Positions 25,261 to 32,000 of a stretch of DNA of 32,000 nt are shown here, one piece after another. How positions within the stretch are numbered: the first letter of the stretch is position 1; each line of letters begins with the position of its first letter. The notes beneath the pieces were generated by a model. It made no database searches and was not told the origin of the DNA. It was given only the letters and a program-made list of their open reading frames with translations. Made by a program: the position numbers and the translations under genes. Source of the stretch: Geobacter sulfurreducens PCA (GTDB taxonomy: Bacteria; Desulfobacterota; Desulfuromonadia; Geobacterales; Geobacteraceae); NCBI RefSeq assembly GCF_000007985.2, contig NC_002939.5, positions 2,670,001-2,702,000 of the forward strand, written 5' to 3'.

Positions 25261-25983
25261 ATGCGCGCAATCTTCATCGCCGACGCCCACCTGCGGCAGC
25301 CGGGGGACCGAAACTACCGGCTGCTCATGGAGTTCCTGGCCGGGCTCCGGGGCAACGTCGACACCCTCTACATTCTCGGCGACCTCTTCGAGTTCTGGAT
25401 CGGCTACGATCCGGTCCCCTTCACCCACTACCTCCCCCTTCTCGACCGGCTGCGGGAGCTGGTCGACAGCGGGGTCCGGATCGAGTACTTCGAAGGGAAC
25501 CACGACTTCCACATGGGGCCGTTTTTCACGGAGACGCTCAGGGCAACGGTCCACCCGGGCCCCGCCGTGATCGACATCCAGGGGGAGCGGCTCTATCTCT
25601 GCCACGGGGACGAGGTCAACCGGAAGGACTATCCCTACCGGCTCCTGCGGTTCATCCTCCACAGCTCCCTGACGCGGGCGGCCACCCGCATCGTCCCCCC
25701 CGCCGTGACCTGCCGGATCGCCGTGGGCATGTCGCGGGAAAGCCGCAAAAACCACGGCCGGCGCCGGCACCGCTGGGACTACGCCGCCATCCTCCGGGCC
25801 TTCGCCGCCGAGCGCTTCCGGGAAGGATGCCGCGCAGTCGTCGCCGGACACTTCCACCAGCCGTTCATCGATCGCAACGACGACGGCACGGTCCTGCTCT
25901 CCCTGGGCGACTGGCTCACCCACTACACCTACGGCGAATGGAGCGACGGCACCCTTTCGCTGAAGACCTACGGAACACCGTAA
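25261..25983 (+). CDS. lpxH: UDP-2,3-diacylglucosamine diphosphatase
   Basis: 240-aa ORF with calcineurin-like metallophosphoesterase motifs in LpxH order: IADAHL, GDLFEFW, GNHDF, HGD, GH.H. Confidence 0.85.
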   Translation: MRAIFIADAHLRQPGDRNYRLLMEFLAGLRGNVDTLYILGDLFEFWIGYDPVPFTHYLPLLDRLRELVDSGVRIEYFEGNHDFHMGPFFTETLRATVHPGPAVIDIQGERLYLCHGDEVNRKDYPYRLLRFILHSSLTRAATRIVPPAVTCRIAVGMSRESRKNHGRRRHRWDYAAILRAFAAERFREGCRAVVAGHFHQPFIDRNDDGTVLLSLGDWLTHYTYGEWSDGTLSLKTYGTP

Positions 25984-25991
25984 CCCCGCCG

Positions 25992-26219
25992 CTAGACCCC
26001 GAACAGCGCCCGGTACTTTTTCACCCGCTCTTCCAGCGTCGGCGCCGCAATCCGGCGGCAGATCTCGTCGGGGCGGTACCCCCGGCAGACCGCCGGCCGC
26101 TCGTCGTAGATGGCGCACAGCCCACCCTCGCCCAGATGGGGACAACGCACGCCCACCGGCTTGCCCAGCGCGCTGATGTCGGGTGCGGTGCAGCAGGTAC
26201 CGCATCTGAGACAGTCCAT
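25992..26219 (-). CDS. YkgJ-family cysteine-cluster protein (Zn/Fe-chelating CxxCxxCC domain)
   Basis: 75-aa ORF: MDCLRCGTCCTAPD...CPHL...GLCAIYDERPAVCRGY. Confidence 0.7.
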   Translation of the reverse strand: MDCLRCGTCCTAPDISALGKPVGVRCPHLGEGGLCAIYDERPAVCRGYRPDEICRRIAAPTLEERVKKYRALFGV

Positions 26220-26269
26220 AATAACCCGGATCGTTGGCTACGGATTTCAGGCGACCGCCGCCGCCCGTC

Positions 26270-27613
26270 CTATTTGAAGAAGGCCTCCAAGGCCTGCTCG
26301 CCCACGTAGGACGCCTTGATCTTCCACTTGTCCTGGTTGATGACGAGGGCTGCCAGGGCTATTTGCGGGTTGTCGGTGGGAGCATAGGCGGCGAACCAGC
26401 TGTAGTGGCCCTCGGGGTCGGTACCGTTGATGGAACCGGTCTTGGCGGCAATGGAGATGTCCGCCAGCTTGGGTCGACCGCGCTGGTCATGGAACGCCCG
26501 GCGGGAAGTGCCGGTGGTCACGGTGGAGGACAGCATCCGCGTGAGCTGCGCTGAAACGTCGGCCGTGGTCACGGTCCGCAGCGGCCGGGGCTGGTGGGTA
26601 TAGGCGACCTTTCCCGACGGGTCGCGGATCTCGTCAGCCAGGGAGGGGACGAGCATGGTGCCGCCGTTGGCAACCGTGGCCATCAGCACCGCCGCATGGA
26701 GCGGCGAAATCTTCACCTCGCGCCCGAGCCCGGCCCCCATGAGGCGCAGATCGTCGTCGGTGGCGGGGTGCTCGGCCTTGCTGGGCAGGACGGGCGTGCC
26801 GGGAAGCAGCGCATGGTTGAAGCCGAACCGCTCCGCGCAGCGAAGGACCGAATCGCGCCCGGCCACGTCGCAGGCAAGCCGGCCGAAGACCGGGTTCACC
26901 GATTTTCCCATGGCGGTGGTCAGATCCATCTCCTGGGCGCCCCGCTTTGGCAGGTCGCTCCAGTGGCGGGAACTCTCCGAGTAGAGCCCCCCCCTGAAGG
27001 GAATCACGGTGTCGGGAGAGACCTTGCCCTGTTCAAGGGCAGCGGTGGCGGTAATGATCTTGAACAGCGACGCCATGGGGTAGATGCCGTAGAACGCCTG
27101 CTGCTCCCAGCCCGGCAGGATCGAGGAATGGGCCACCATGGCCAGGATCCGGCCGCTGCGCGGCTCCACCGCCACGAAAACCCCGTAGGGAACCTGGAAC
27201 TGGGCCAGGACGTCCTTGACCCGCTCCTGGACCTCTTCATTGATGGCATACACCACCGTGCCTCCGCCCGCGAGGGGGGCCACGAGGCGGCCCCCTTCGG
27301 CACGAGCCGTGGGGAAGGCACCGGCGGCCAGGCGGAAGGCGCCGAAGCTGTCCAGGTCCTTGAGGCTCAGCTTGCCCGGATGGGCCTCTTCGCGGACGCT
27401 GGAAACGGCGGGCCGGCCCGAAAGAAGAAGGGACAGAACCGGGTAGGCGACCAGGAGCGCGGCAATGACGGGAAGCAGGAAGCGGAGACGTTTCTTGCGG
27501 GGAGGAGGCTCATCGAGCCTCTTGAAGGCATTGCGGGAGTCGTTCTTCCTCGGCGAGAGGAAAGAGGAGGCGGAGAATCGTTTCTTGCTTGTTAAATGTT
27601 TAAAATCCTGCAT
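26270..27613 (-). CDS. Penicillin-binding protein, transpeptidase-domain protein
   Basis: 447-aa ORF with an N-terminal membrane anchor (LLPVIAALLVAYPVLSLLL), SxxK motif SLFK, a later S-x-(N/S)-like motif, and KTG motif AAKTGS. Confidence 0.8.
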   Translation of the reverse strand: MQDFKHLTSKKRFSASSFLSPRKNDSRNAFKRLDEPPPRKKRLRFLLPVIAALLVAYPVLSLLLSGRPAVSSVREEAHPGKLSLKDLDSFGAFRLAAGAFPTARAEGGRLVAPLAGGGTVVYAINEEVQERVKDVLAQFQVPYGVFVAVEPRSGRILAMVAHSSILPGWEQQAFYGIYPMASLFKIITATAALEQGKVSPDTVIPFRGGLYSESSRHWSDLPKRGAQEMDLTTAMGKSVNPVFGRLACDVAGRDSVLRCAERFGFNHALLPGTPVLPSKAEHPATDDDLRLMGAGLGREVKISPLHAAVLMATVANGGTMLVPSLADEIRDPSGKVAYTHQPRPLRTVTTADVSAQLTRMLSSTVTTGTSRRAFHDQRGRPKLADISIAAKTGSINGTDPEGHYSWFAAYAPTDNPQIALAALVINQDKWKIKASYVGEQALEAFFK

Positions 27614-27697
27614 GTATGTTCATTTCGCACGGACATCGCGACCGGCGGCACCGGCCCGGATGCGGGGTCACTTGAATGGATGACGGACTGCCGTCAC

Positions 27698-27725
27698 TAT
27701 ATAGGGAAAAGCCCCGCATTGTCAA
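27698..27725 (-). promoter_or_regulatory. Putative sigma70 promoter for the PBP gene
   Basis: The minus strand reads TTGACA (27725-27720), a 16-nt spacer, then TATATA (27703-27698). It lies about 85 nt upstream of ATG 27613. Confidence 0.5.
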
Positions 27726-27761
27726 TGTCGGCGCCCGTTGGCGGGCTGACATGAATCATAT

Positions 27762-29078
27762 TTAATCCACTCCGCCCCCCTCGGCCAGGGTCCTGAAGTT
27801 CACCTCCCCCAGTTCTGCGGCCACGGCCCCTTCCATTCTCGCGGCCAGCCACTCCACCGCCGGGTCAAACCGCCCGGTCGCCAGGGGCATGGCGTGCCCC
27901 CTGAGCGACGCGATCAGTTCCCTGACCCGCATGTGCTCCAGCTCCCGGGCCGGGAGGTAGAGGGTTTCCTCGCCGCAGCTCTCGGCAAGCCACCCCTTGG
28001 CGACCAGCATGCCCAGCGTTTCCCGTGCGGTCCGTTCCGGCACGTCGAGCCGTTCGGCCAGGCGCTCGGCGTTCCAGGGCGCGCCATCGCGGAAAAAGGT
28101 CCGGCACACCTCCAGCAGCAGGGCCAGGGCCAGGCGCTCGCGCGCGGCGGGCTCCAGGTCGGGGATGTGGGTTTCGTGCCGGAAGGTGCGGCGATGCTGG
28201 TGGGCGTAGACCACCTCCACGCCGAACAGCACGATCGACCAGCTGGCATAGAGCCAGATCATGAAGACCGGAAGCACGGCGAGGGTGCCGTAAATTGCGT
28301 TGTACTTGGCCACACCCACCTGAAAGTGGATATATCCCCACTGGGCTGCCTGCCAGAGCGTGCCGGCGATGACCCCGCCCACCAGGGCCGAGCGGAAACG
28401 GACCTTGGTGTTGGGGATGAGCATATAGAGGAAGACAAGGGCGAGCCAGATGCTGACATAGGGAACCAGTCGGAAAGCCGCCACCAGCACGTCGCCCAGA
28501 TAGGCGGTGCCGATCAGCCACTGGACCGCCTTCTGGCTCTCGAGAGTCGTGGTGACGCTGATGGCGGCGAAGATGAGAATCGGTCCGAACACCACCACGC
28601 TCAGGTAATCGCTGAACCGCCGGTAGAGCGACCGGGTTTCCCGCACCCCCCAGATGGAGTTGAAGGTTTCTTCGATGTTCCCCAGCAGGGTGACGGTTGA
28701 CACCACGAGGGTCACCAGGCCCACGGCCCCCAGGGAGCCGACCTTGGTGTTGTTGATGTAGGTAACGATCCGGTCGACGATTTCATGGGACCCTGCCGCG
28801 ACCTGGTCGAGGATGAAAGGCTCCAGGGTGTTCTGCACCCCCAGCCCCTTGAGGACCGCGAAGGCAAGGGCAAAGAAGGGAACGATCGACAGGAGCGTGG
28901 AATAGGTCAGGGCCGAGGCATGCAGCAGGCACTGGTCGTCCATGAAGTTGCCCACGGCGGTCACCGTCGCCTGGAGCGCGGCCACCAGCCGGCCGCGGAC
29001 CGGGCCGAGCCCGTCGGTGTCCATGGCCCGGAACGTATCCAGGTAGCGGTAGATTGTGCCCTTTGACCCTTTCTCCAT
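27762..29078 (-). CDS. YihY/BrkB-family inner-membrane protein fused to a C-terminal winged-helix-like domain
   Basis: 438-aa ORF. The N-terminal ~300 aa match the YihY pattern (ASALTYSTLLSIVPFFAL.., multiple TMs, YG.LA..P..M.WLY..W). The C-terminal ~115 aa are soluble (..AERLAERLDVPERTARETLGMLVAKGWLAE..). Confidence 0.8.
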   Translation of the reverse strand: MEKGSKGTIYRYLDTFRAMDTDGLGPVRGRLVAALQATVTAVGNFMDDQCLLHASALTYSTLLSIVPFFALAFAVLKGLGVQNTLEPFILDQVAAGSHEIVDRIVTYINNTKVGSLGAVGLVTLVVSTVTLLGNIEETFNSIWGVRETRSLYRRFSDYLSVVVFGPILIFAAISVTTTLESQKAVQWLIGTAYLGDVLVAAFRLVPYVSIWLALVFLYMLIPNTKVRFRSALVGGVIAGTLWQAAQWGYIHFQVGVAKYNAIYGTLAVLPVFMIWLYASWSIVLFGVEVVYAHQHRRTFRHETHIPDLEPAARERLALALLLEVCRTFFRDGAPWNAERLAERLDVPERTARETLGMLVAKGWLAESCGEETLYLPARELEHMRVRELIASLRGHAMPLATGRFDPAVEWLAARMEGAVAAELGEVNFRTLAEGGGVD

Positions 29079-29102
29079 CCGCGCCTCCGCCCTTCGGAGC
29101 GC

Positions 29103-29131
29103 ACACGAAAAAGCCCACGCGGGGTGGGCTT
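29103..29131 (-). terminator. Rho-independent terminator after the DUF948-YtxH pair
   Basis: The minus strand reads AAGCCCAC-cccgc-GTGGGCTT followed by TTTCGTGTG. It starts 23 nt downstream of the YtxH stop. Confidence 0.7.
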
Positions 29132-29153
29132 GTTCGTGCGGCGCCGGGAGTGG

Positions 29154-29465
29154 CTACATCTCCTTGAACTTCTCGCGCTCCCGGTCCATGGCTTCCTTCC
29201 CCGCCTCGATGGCGGAGGTGATGATGGTCTTCTTCTCGGTGATGAGGTCCTTGGTTTCCTCGTAGGTATCCTTGATCTTGGACTGGGCCTCTTTCGTGAA
29301 TCCCTTGATCTTGTCGAGGGCCTCATCGGTCAGATCCATGATGTTTTCGCGCATCTCCTTGCCGGTCTTGGGTGCGAGCAGAAGCCCCAGGCCCGCTCCC
29401 ACCGCGGCTCCGGCCAGGAATGACAGGAATACCGTTCCGACGCTCGTTCCTCTTTCTTCAGACAT
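29154..29465 (-). CDS. YtxH-domain protein
   Basis: I take the 103-aa reading from ATG 29465 (MSEERGTSVGTVFLSFLAGAAVGAGLGLLLAPKTGKE.R..). This is the YtxH signature GxxxGxxxGLLxAPxSGxE followed by a charged helical tail. The 295-aa track version is an artefactual extension. Confidence 0.8.
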   Translation of the reverse strand: MSEERGTSVGTVFLSFLAGAAVGAGLGLLLAPKTGKEMRENIMDLTDEALDKIKGFTKEAQSKIKDTYEETKDLITEKKTIITSAIEAGKEAMDREREKFKEM

Positions 29466-29470
29466 ACGAA

Positions 29471-29860
29471 TTACCCCCTTTTCTTGATGAGTCGTTCCAT
29501 GAGGTACTTTCCGGCCACCCGGGCGCCGGTGCTCCAGGCGGAGGAGGCCGCCGCCGCGTGGGCCACGCTGCCGATGACGGCATTGATGGTCCGGATGTTG
29601 CGCCCGGTGTCGCCCACGGCTTCCATGAATTCCTTCACGTCGTCCACCCGCTCGGCAACCCCCTCGGTGACGACCTTCAGTTCGGCAAGGGTCTGCTGGA
29701 GTTCCTGGGTGAGGGGCTTCAGCTCCTGCCCCACCTGGGCCATGACGCTCCTGAACTCTGCCGCGGTTCTCCTGATCTCCAGCAGCGTCGGAATGAGAAA
29801 CGCCACCAGCACAACCAGTGCGCAGGCCATTACCAGTACGGCAAGTGCGCCAATGCTCAT
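29471..29860 (-). CDS. DUF948-domain membrane-anchored protein
   Basis: 129-aa ORF with one N-terminal TM followed by a coiled coil (L..T..E...V......L..L..TL.E..). This is the typical DUF948 architecture and its typical pairing with YtxH. Confidence 0.65.
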   Translation of the reverse strand: MSIGALAVLVMACALVVLVAFLIPTLLEIRRTAAEFRSVMAQVGQELKPLTQELQQTLAELKVVTEGVAERVDDVKEFMEAVGDTGRNIRTINAVIGSVAHAAAASSAWSTGARVAGKYLMERLIKKRG

Positions 29861-30059
29861 GAAGTCGATCCCTCCACGGTCTTAATGGGAAACAGTATAG
29901 TGCACGGGACGGGGATTGCAAGGGAGCCCATCTGCCGCAAGCCCCCGGCCCCCGCCGTTGCTGCTTCCACGTGCGGTAAACTATAGCCAACGGCCCGTGC
30001 TTTTGCAAACGAATTGCTCGCCGTTTACGCAGATACGGCAACTTGGCGGCAAAATCCGA

Positions 30060-30089
30060 TTGACAAACCGGCCGGGGCTTCCGTATCCT
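30060..30089 (+). promoter_or_regulatory. Putative sigma70 promoter for the riboswitch-metX transcript
   Basis: TTGACA (30060-30065), 18-nt spacer, TATCCT (30084-30089). It lies about 25 nt upstream of the riboswitch P1 stem. Confidence 0.5.
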
Positions 30090-30109
30090 TCACCAAAAGA
30101 GAATAGTAG

Positions 30110-30218
30110 ACCTTCTTATCAAGAGTGGTGGAGGGAAAGGCCCTGTGAAACCACAGCAACCGGTCCGGTAGCGGACGCCAGGTGCTAAATCCTGCCCGAA
30201 AGGGAGCGATGAGAGGGA
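30110..30218 (+). ncRNA. SAM-I (S-box) riboswitch aptamer
   Basis: TTCTTATCAAGAGTGGTGGAGGGAAAGGCCCTGTGAAACCACAGCAACC...GGTGCTAAATCCTGCCCGAAAGGGAGCGATGAGAG matches the conserved S-box core (UUAUCAAGAG-GG-GGAGGGA-GGCCC-UGAA-CC-GCAACC...GGUGCUAA-UCC-GC...GAUGAGAG). P1 forms between 30113-30120 and 30208-30215. It lies upstream of a methionine-biosynthesis gene. Confidence 0.9.
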
Positions 30219-30240
30219 GCTTGTGACCACCGACGCGTAC

Positions 30241-30280
30241 AGGCCCCTTCCCGTTTCCCGGGAGGGGGCCTTTCATTTTC
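30241..30280 (+). terminator. Intrinsic terminator (riboswitch expression platform)
   Basis: AGGCCCCTTCCCG-tttcc-CGGGAGGGGGCCT forms a 13-bp stem with one G-U pair, followed by TTCATTTTC. It lies between the aptamer and the metX start. Confidence 0.8.
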
Positions 30281-30310
30281 GCCGCCGCGCGCACGCGCCC
30301 GTGGGGAATC

Positions 30311-31417
30311 ATGTCCGTCGGCATCGTCGAAGAACAATCCGTCACCTTCGAAACGGATCTCAGGCTGGAAAGCGGCCGGATACTGGGGCCCATCACCCTG
30401 GCCTACGAGACCTACGGCCGGCTGAACGCCGACCGGTCCAACGCCATTCTGGTGGCCCACGCCTGGACCGGCAACGCCCATCTGGCGGGTAAATACAGCG
30501 AAGACGATCCCAAGCCCGGCTGGTGGGACGCCATCGTCGGCCCGGGGCGGCTCCTGGACACCGACCGCTGGTTCGTCATCTGTTCCAACGTTATCGGTTC
30601 CTGCTACGGCTCAACCGGCCCCGCGTCCGTCAACCCGAAGACCGGCAAGCGCTACAACCTCTCCTTTCCGGTCATCACCGTGCGGGACATGGTGCGGGCC
30701 CAGGCCCTGCTGCTGGACCACCTGGGCATCGAGCGGCTCCTCACCGTCCTCGGCGGCAGCATGGGCGGGATGCAGGCCCTGGAGTGGGCCACCCAGTTCC
30801 CGGACCGGGTCCGCTCGGCCATTGCCCTCGCCACCACGAGCCGCCCGTCGCCCCAGGCCATCTCCCTGAACGCCGTGGCCCGCTGGGCCATCTTCAACGA
30901 TCCGTCCTGGAAAAAGGGTGAGTACCGGAAAAACCCCAAGGACGGCCTGGCGCTCGCCCGGGGCATCGGCCACATCACGTTCCTCTCCGACGAATCCATG
31001 TGGCAGAAGTTCGGCCGCCGCTATTCGGCCCGGGACGGCCTGTTCGACTTCTTCGGCCAGTTCGAGGTGGAACGCTACCTCACCTACAACGGCTACAACT
31101 TCGTGGACCGCTTCGACACCAACTCGTTCCTCTACCTGGCCAAGGCGCTGGATCTGTACGACGTGGCCTGGGGGTACGAGTCGCTGGAAGACGCGTTCAG
31201 CCGCGTCACGGCTCCGATCCAGTTCTTCGCCTTCACCTCCGACTGGCTCTACCCCCCCTACCAGACCGAAGAGATGGCCACCACGCTCCGGGCCCTGGGC
31301 AAGGAGGCCGAATACCACCTGATCCCGTCGGCCTACGGCCATGACGCCTTCCTCCTGGAGCACGAAACCTTCGCGCCCATGGTCCGGGACTTCCTGGCCC
31401 GCGTGGAGCGGGGCTAG
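30311..31417 (+). CDS. metX: Homoserine O-acetyltransferase
   Basis: 368-aa ORF with the MetX alpha/beta-hydrolase pattern: AILV.HA.TG..H, nucleophile [12 protein letters not shown], and D/H near the C-terminus (SDWLYP, YGHDAFL). Confidence 0.92.
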   Translation: MSVGIVEEQSVTFETDLRLESGRILGPITLAYETYGRLNADRSNAILVAHAWTGNAHLAGKYSEDDPKPGWWDAIVGPGRLLDTDRWFVICSNVIGSCYGSTGPASVNPKTGKRYNLSFPVITVRDMVRAQALLLDHLGIERLLTVLGGSMGGMQALEWATQFPDRVRSAIALATTSRPSPQAISLNAVARWAIFNDPSWKKGEYRKNPKDGLALARGIGHITFLSDESMWQKFGRRYSARDGLFDFFGQFEVERYLTYNGYNFVDRFDTNSFLYLAKALDLYDVAWGYESLEDAFSRVTAPIQFFAFTSDWLYPPYQTEEMATTLRALGKEAEYHLIPSAYGHDAFLLEHETFAPMVRDFLARVERG

Positions 31418-31427
31418 GCCTCCGCAC

Positions 31428-31458
31428 ACAAAAAAACCCGGCGATCGTCCGCCGGGTT
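31428..31458 (-). terminator. Rho-independent terminator of the glycosyltransferase gene (possibly bidirectional with metX)
   Basis: The minus strand reads AACCCGGCG-gacgat-CGCCGGGTT followed by TTTTTGTGTG. It lies between the convergent stops at 31417 and 31463. Confidence 0.75.
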
Positions 31459-31462
31459 CCAC

Positions 31463-32000
31463 TCACGCGCCGGTGATCCGCCGGTAGAGCTCCAGGTAGG
31501 CCTCCGCCTCCCGTCCCGGGGAAAAACGCTCCCGCACCAGTTCCCGTCCCTGTTCGCCGAGGCGCCGTCCCAGGGCGGGATTGCGGAGCAGATCCCGGGC
31601 CCGGTCCAGGAATTCCCGCTCGCCCCGGAACAGGAAACCGGTGGTTCCCTCCTTCACTACTGAGCGGTTGCCGTCGATGTACGACGCCAGCACGGGCTTG
31701 CCGAAAGCCAGAGCCTCCAGGACGCTGTTCGCCATCCCCCCCTCGAAGGTCGAGCTGTTGATGACCGCGTCTGCCCGGCGGAACAGGGCGCCGATGGCGT
31801 CACGCCCCACTTCGCCCAGGTAGCGGGCAAAGGGATGGCAGTCGATGGCCTCAAGGGTTGCGGCGCCGTACTCCCGGTCCAGGACCGGCCCGGCCAGCAG
31901 AAAGCGGACCCGCGGCTCCTCCCGGTGGAGCTCCGCCAGGGGGCCGAGGGCAAAGGCCGCATTCTTGACCGGCCGCAGCCCCGCCGGCAGAAAGAAGACG
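31463..32000 (-). CDS. Family-1 (GT4-like) glycosyltransferase, C-terminal part; 5' end outside the window
   Basis: The track lists only 31463-31810, but manual translation shows the frame stays open to position 32000 (..VFFLPAGLRPVKN..LLAGPVLD..). The C-terminus has the GT1 EX7E-type motif (SSTFEGGMANSVLEALAFGKPVLAS). Confidence 0.8.
   Translation of the reverse strand, partial: VFFLPAGLRPVKNAAFALGPLAELHREEPRVRFLLAGPVLDREYGAATLEAIDCHPFARYLGEVGRDAIGALFRRADAVINSSTFEGGMANSVLEALAFGKPVLASYIDGNRSVVKEGTTGFLFRGEREFLDRARDLLRNPALGRRLGEQGRELVRERFSPGREAEAYLELYRRITGA

Noticed and set aside
29466-30041. Upstream 192 codons of the 295-aa minus-strand ORF 29154-30041.
   Set aside because: It overlaps the DUF948 gene in a different frame and has an Arg/Gly-rich composition. 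Only the last 103 codons (YtxH domain), from an ATG just after the DUF948 stop, look genuine.
30025-30396. 123-aa minus-strand ORF opposite the metX leader.
   Set aside because: The region is fully explained by the SAM-I riboswitch, its terminator and the metX 5' end.
1-32000. Scan for CRISPR arrays, tRNA/rRNA genes, IS elements, integrases and long tandem repeats.
   Set aside because: By eye there are no regularly spaced direct repeats, no cloverleaf-like or rRNA-like segments and no transposase- or integrase-like ORFs. Only short local repeats were found, and these are reported above. A computational scan (tRNAscan-SE, CRISPRCasFinder, ISEScan) would be needed for certainty.

Overview
High-GC chromosomal segment: hand counts of 60-nt lines give about 65-67% G+C in the core genes. 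Gene order resembles a Geobacter/Desulfuromonadales genome, but that is from memory and unverified. Almost all genes are on the minus strand. Core content, left to right: lipB (partial); E2 and E1-beta of a lipoate-dependent 2-oxoacid (pyruvate-type) dehydrogenase; a ~4.7-kb accessory insertion; the matching E1-alpha; an orphan sensor histidine kinase; a 645-aa aconitase; lpdA; an exported Sel1-repeat protein; sucB; sucA; an alpha/beta hydrolase; msrB; a Cu P-type ATPase; two tandem AI-2E family permeases; a UPF0158 protein; lpxH (plus strand); a YkgJ Cys-cluster protein; a PBP transpeptidase; a YihY/BrkB-wHTH fusion; a DUF948/YtxH pair; a SAM-I riboswitch plus metX (plus strand); and a partial GT1 glycosyltransferase. 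The accessory insertion (about 2935-7705) splits E1-alpha from E1-beta/E2 and is compositionally mosaic. It holds a VOC/PhnB-like gene, a Phd/YefM(StbD-like)-RelE toxin-antitoxin pair, a DsrE-like gene and a SAM methyltransferase. The most interesting part is a very AT-rich islet (about 27-35% G+C in sampled lines, ~5800-7620). It encodes a 340-aa RelA/SpoT-homologue (small alarmone synthetase / toxSAS-like) with all synthetase motifs intact and an unassigned ~150-aa C-terminal extension. Directly upstream is a small membrane protein with a possible beta-grasp-like soluble domain, whose 5' end looks frameshifted. I consider this two-gene module the best candidate for an uncharacterised toxin/defence-type system. 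No rRNA, tRNA, CRISPR array, transposase or integrase was seen.
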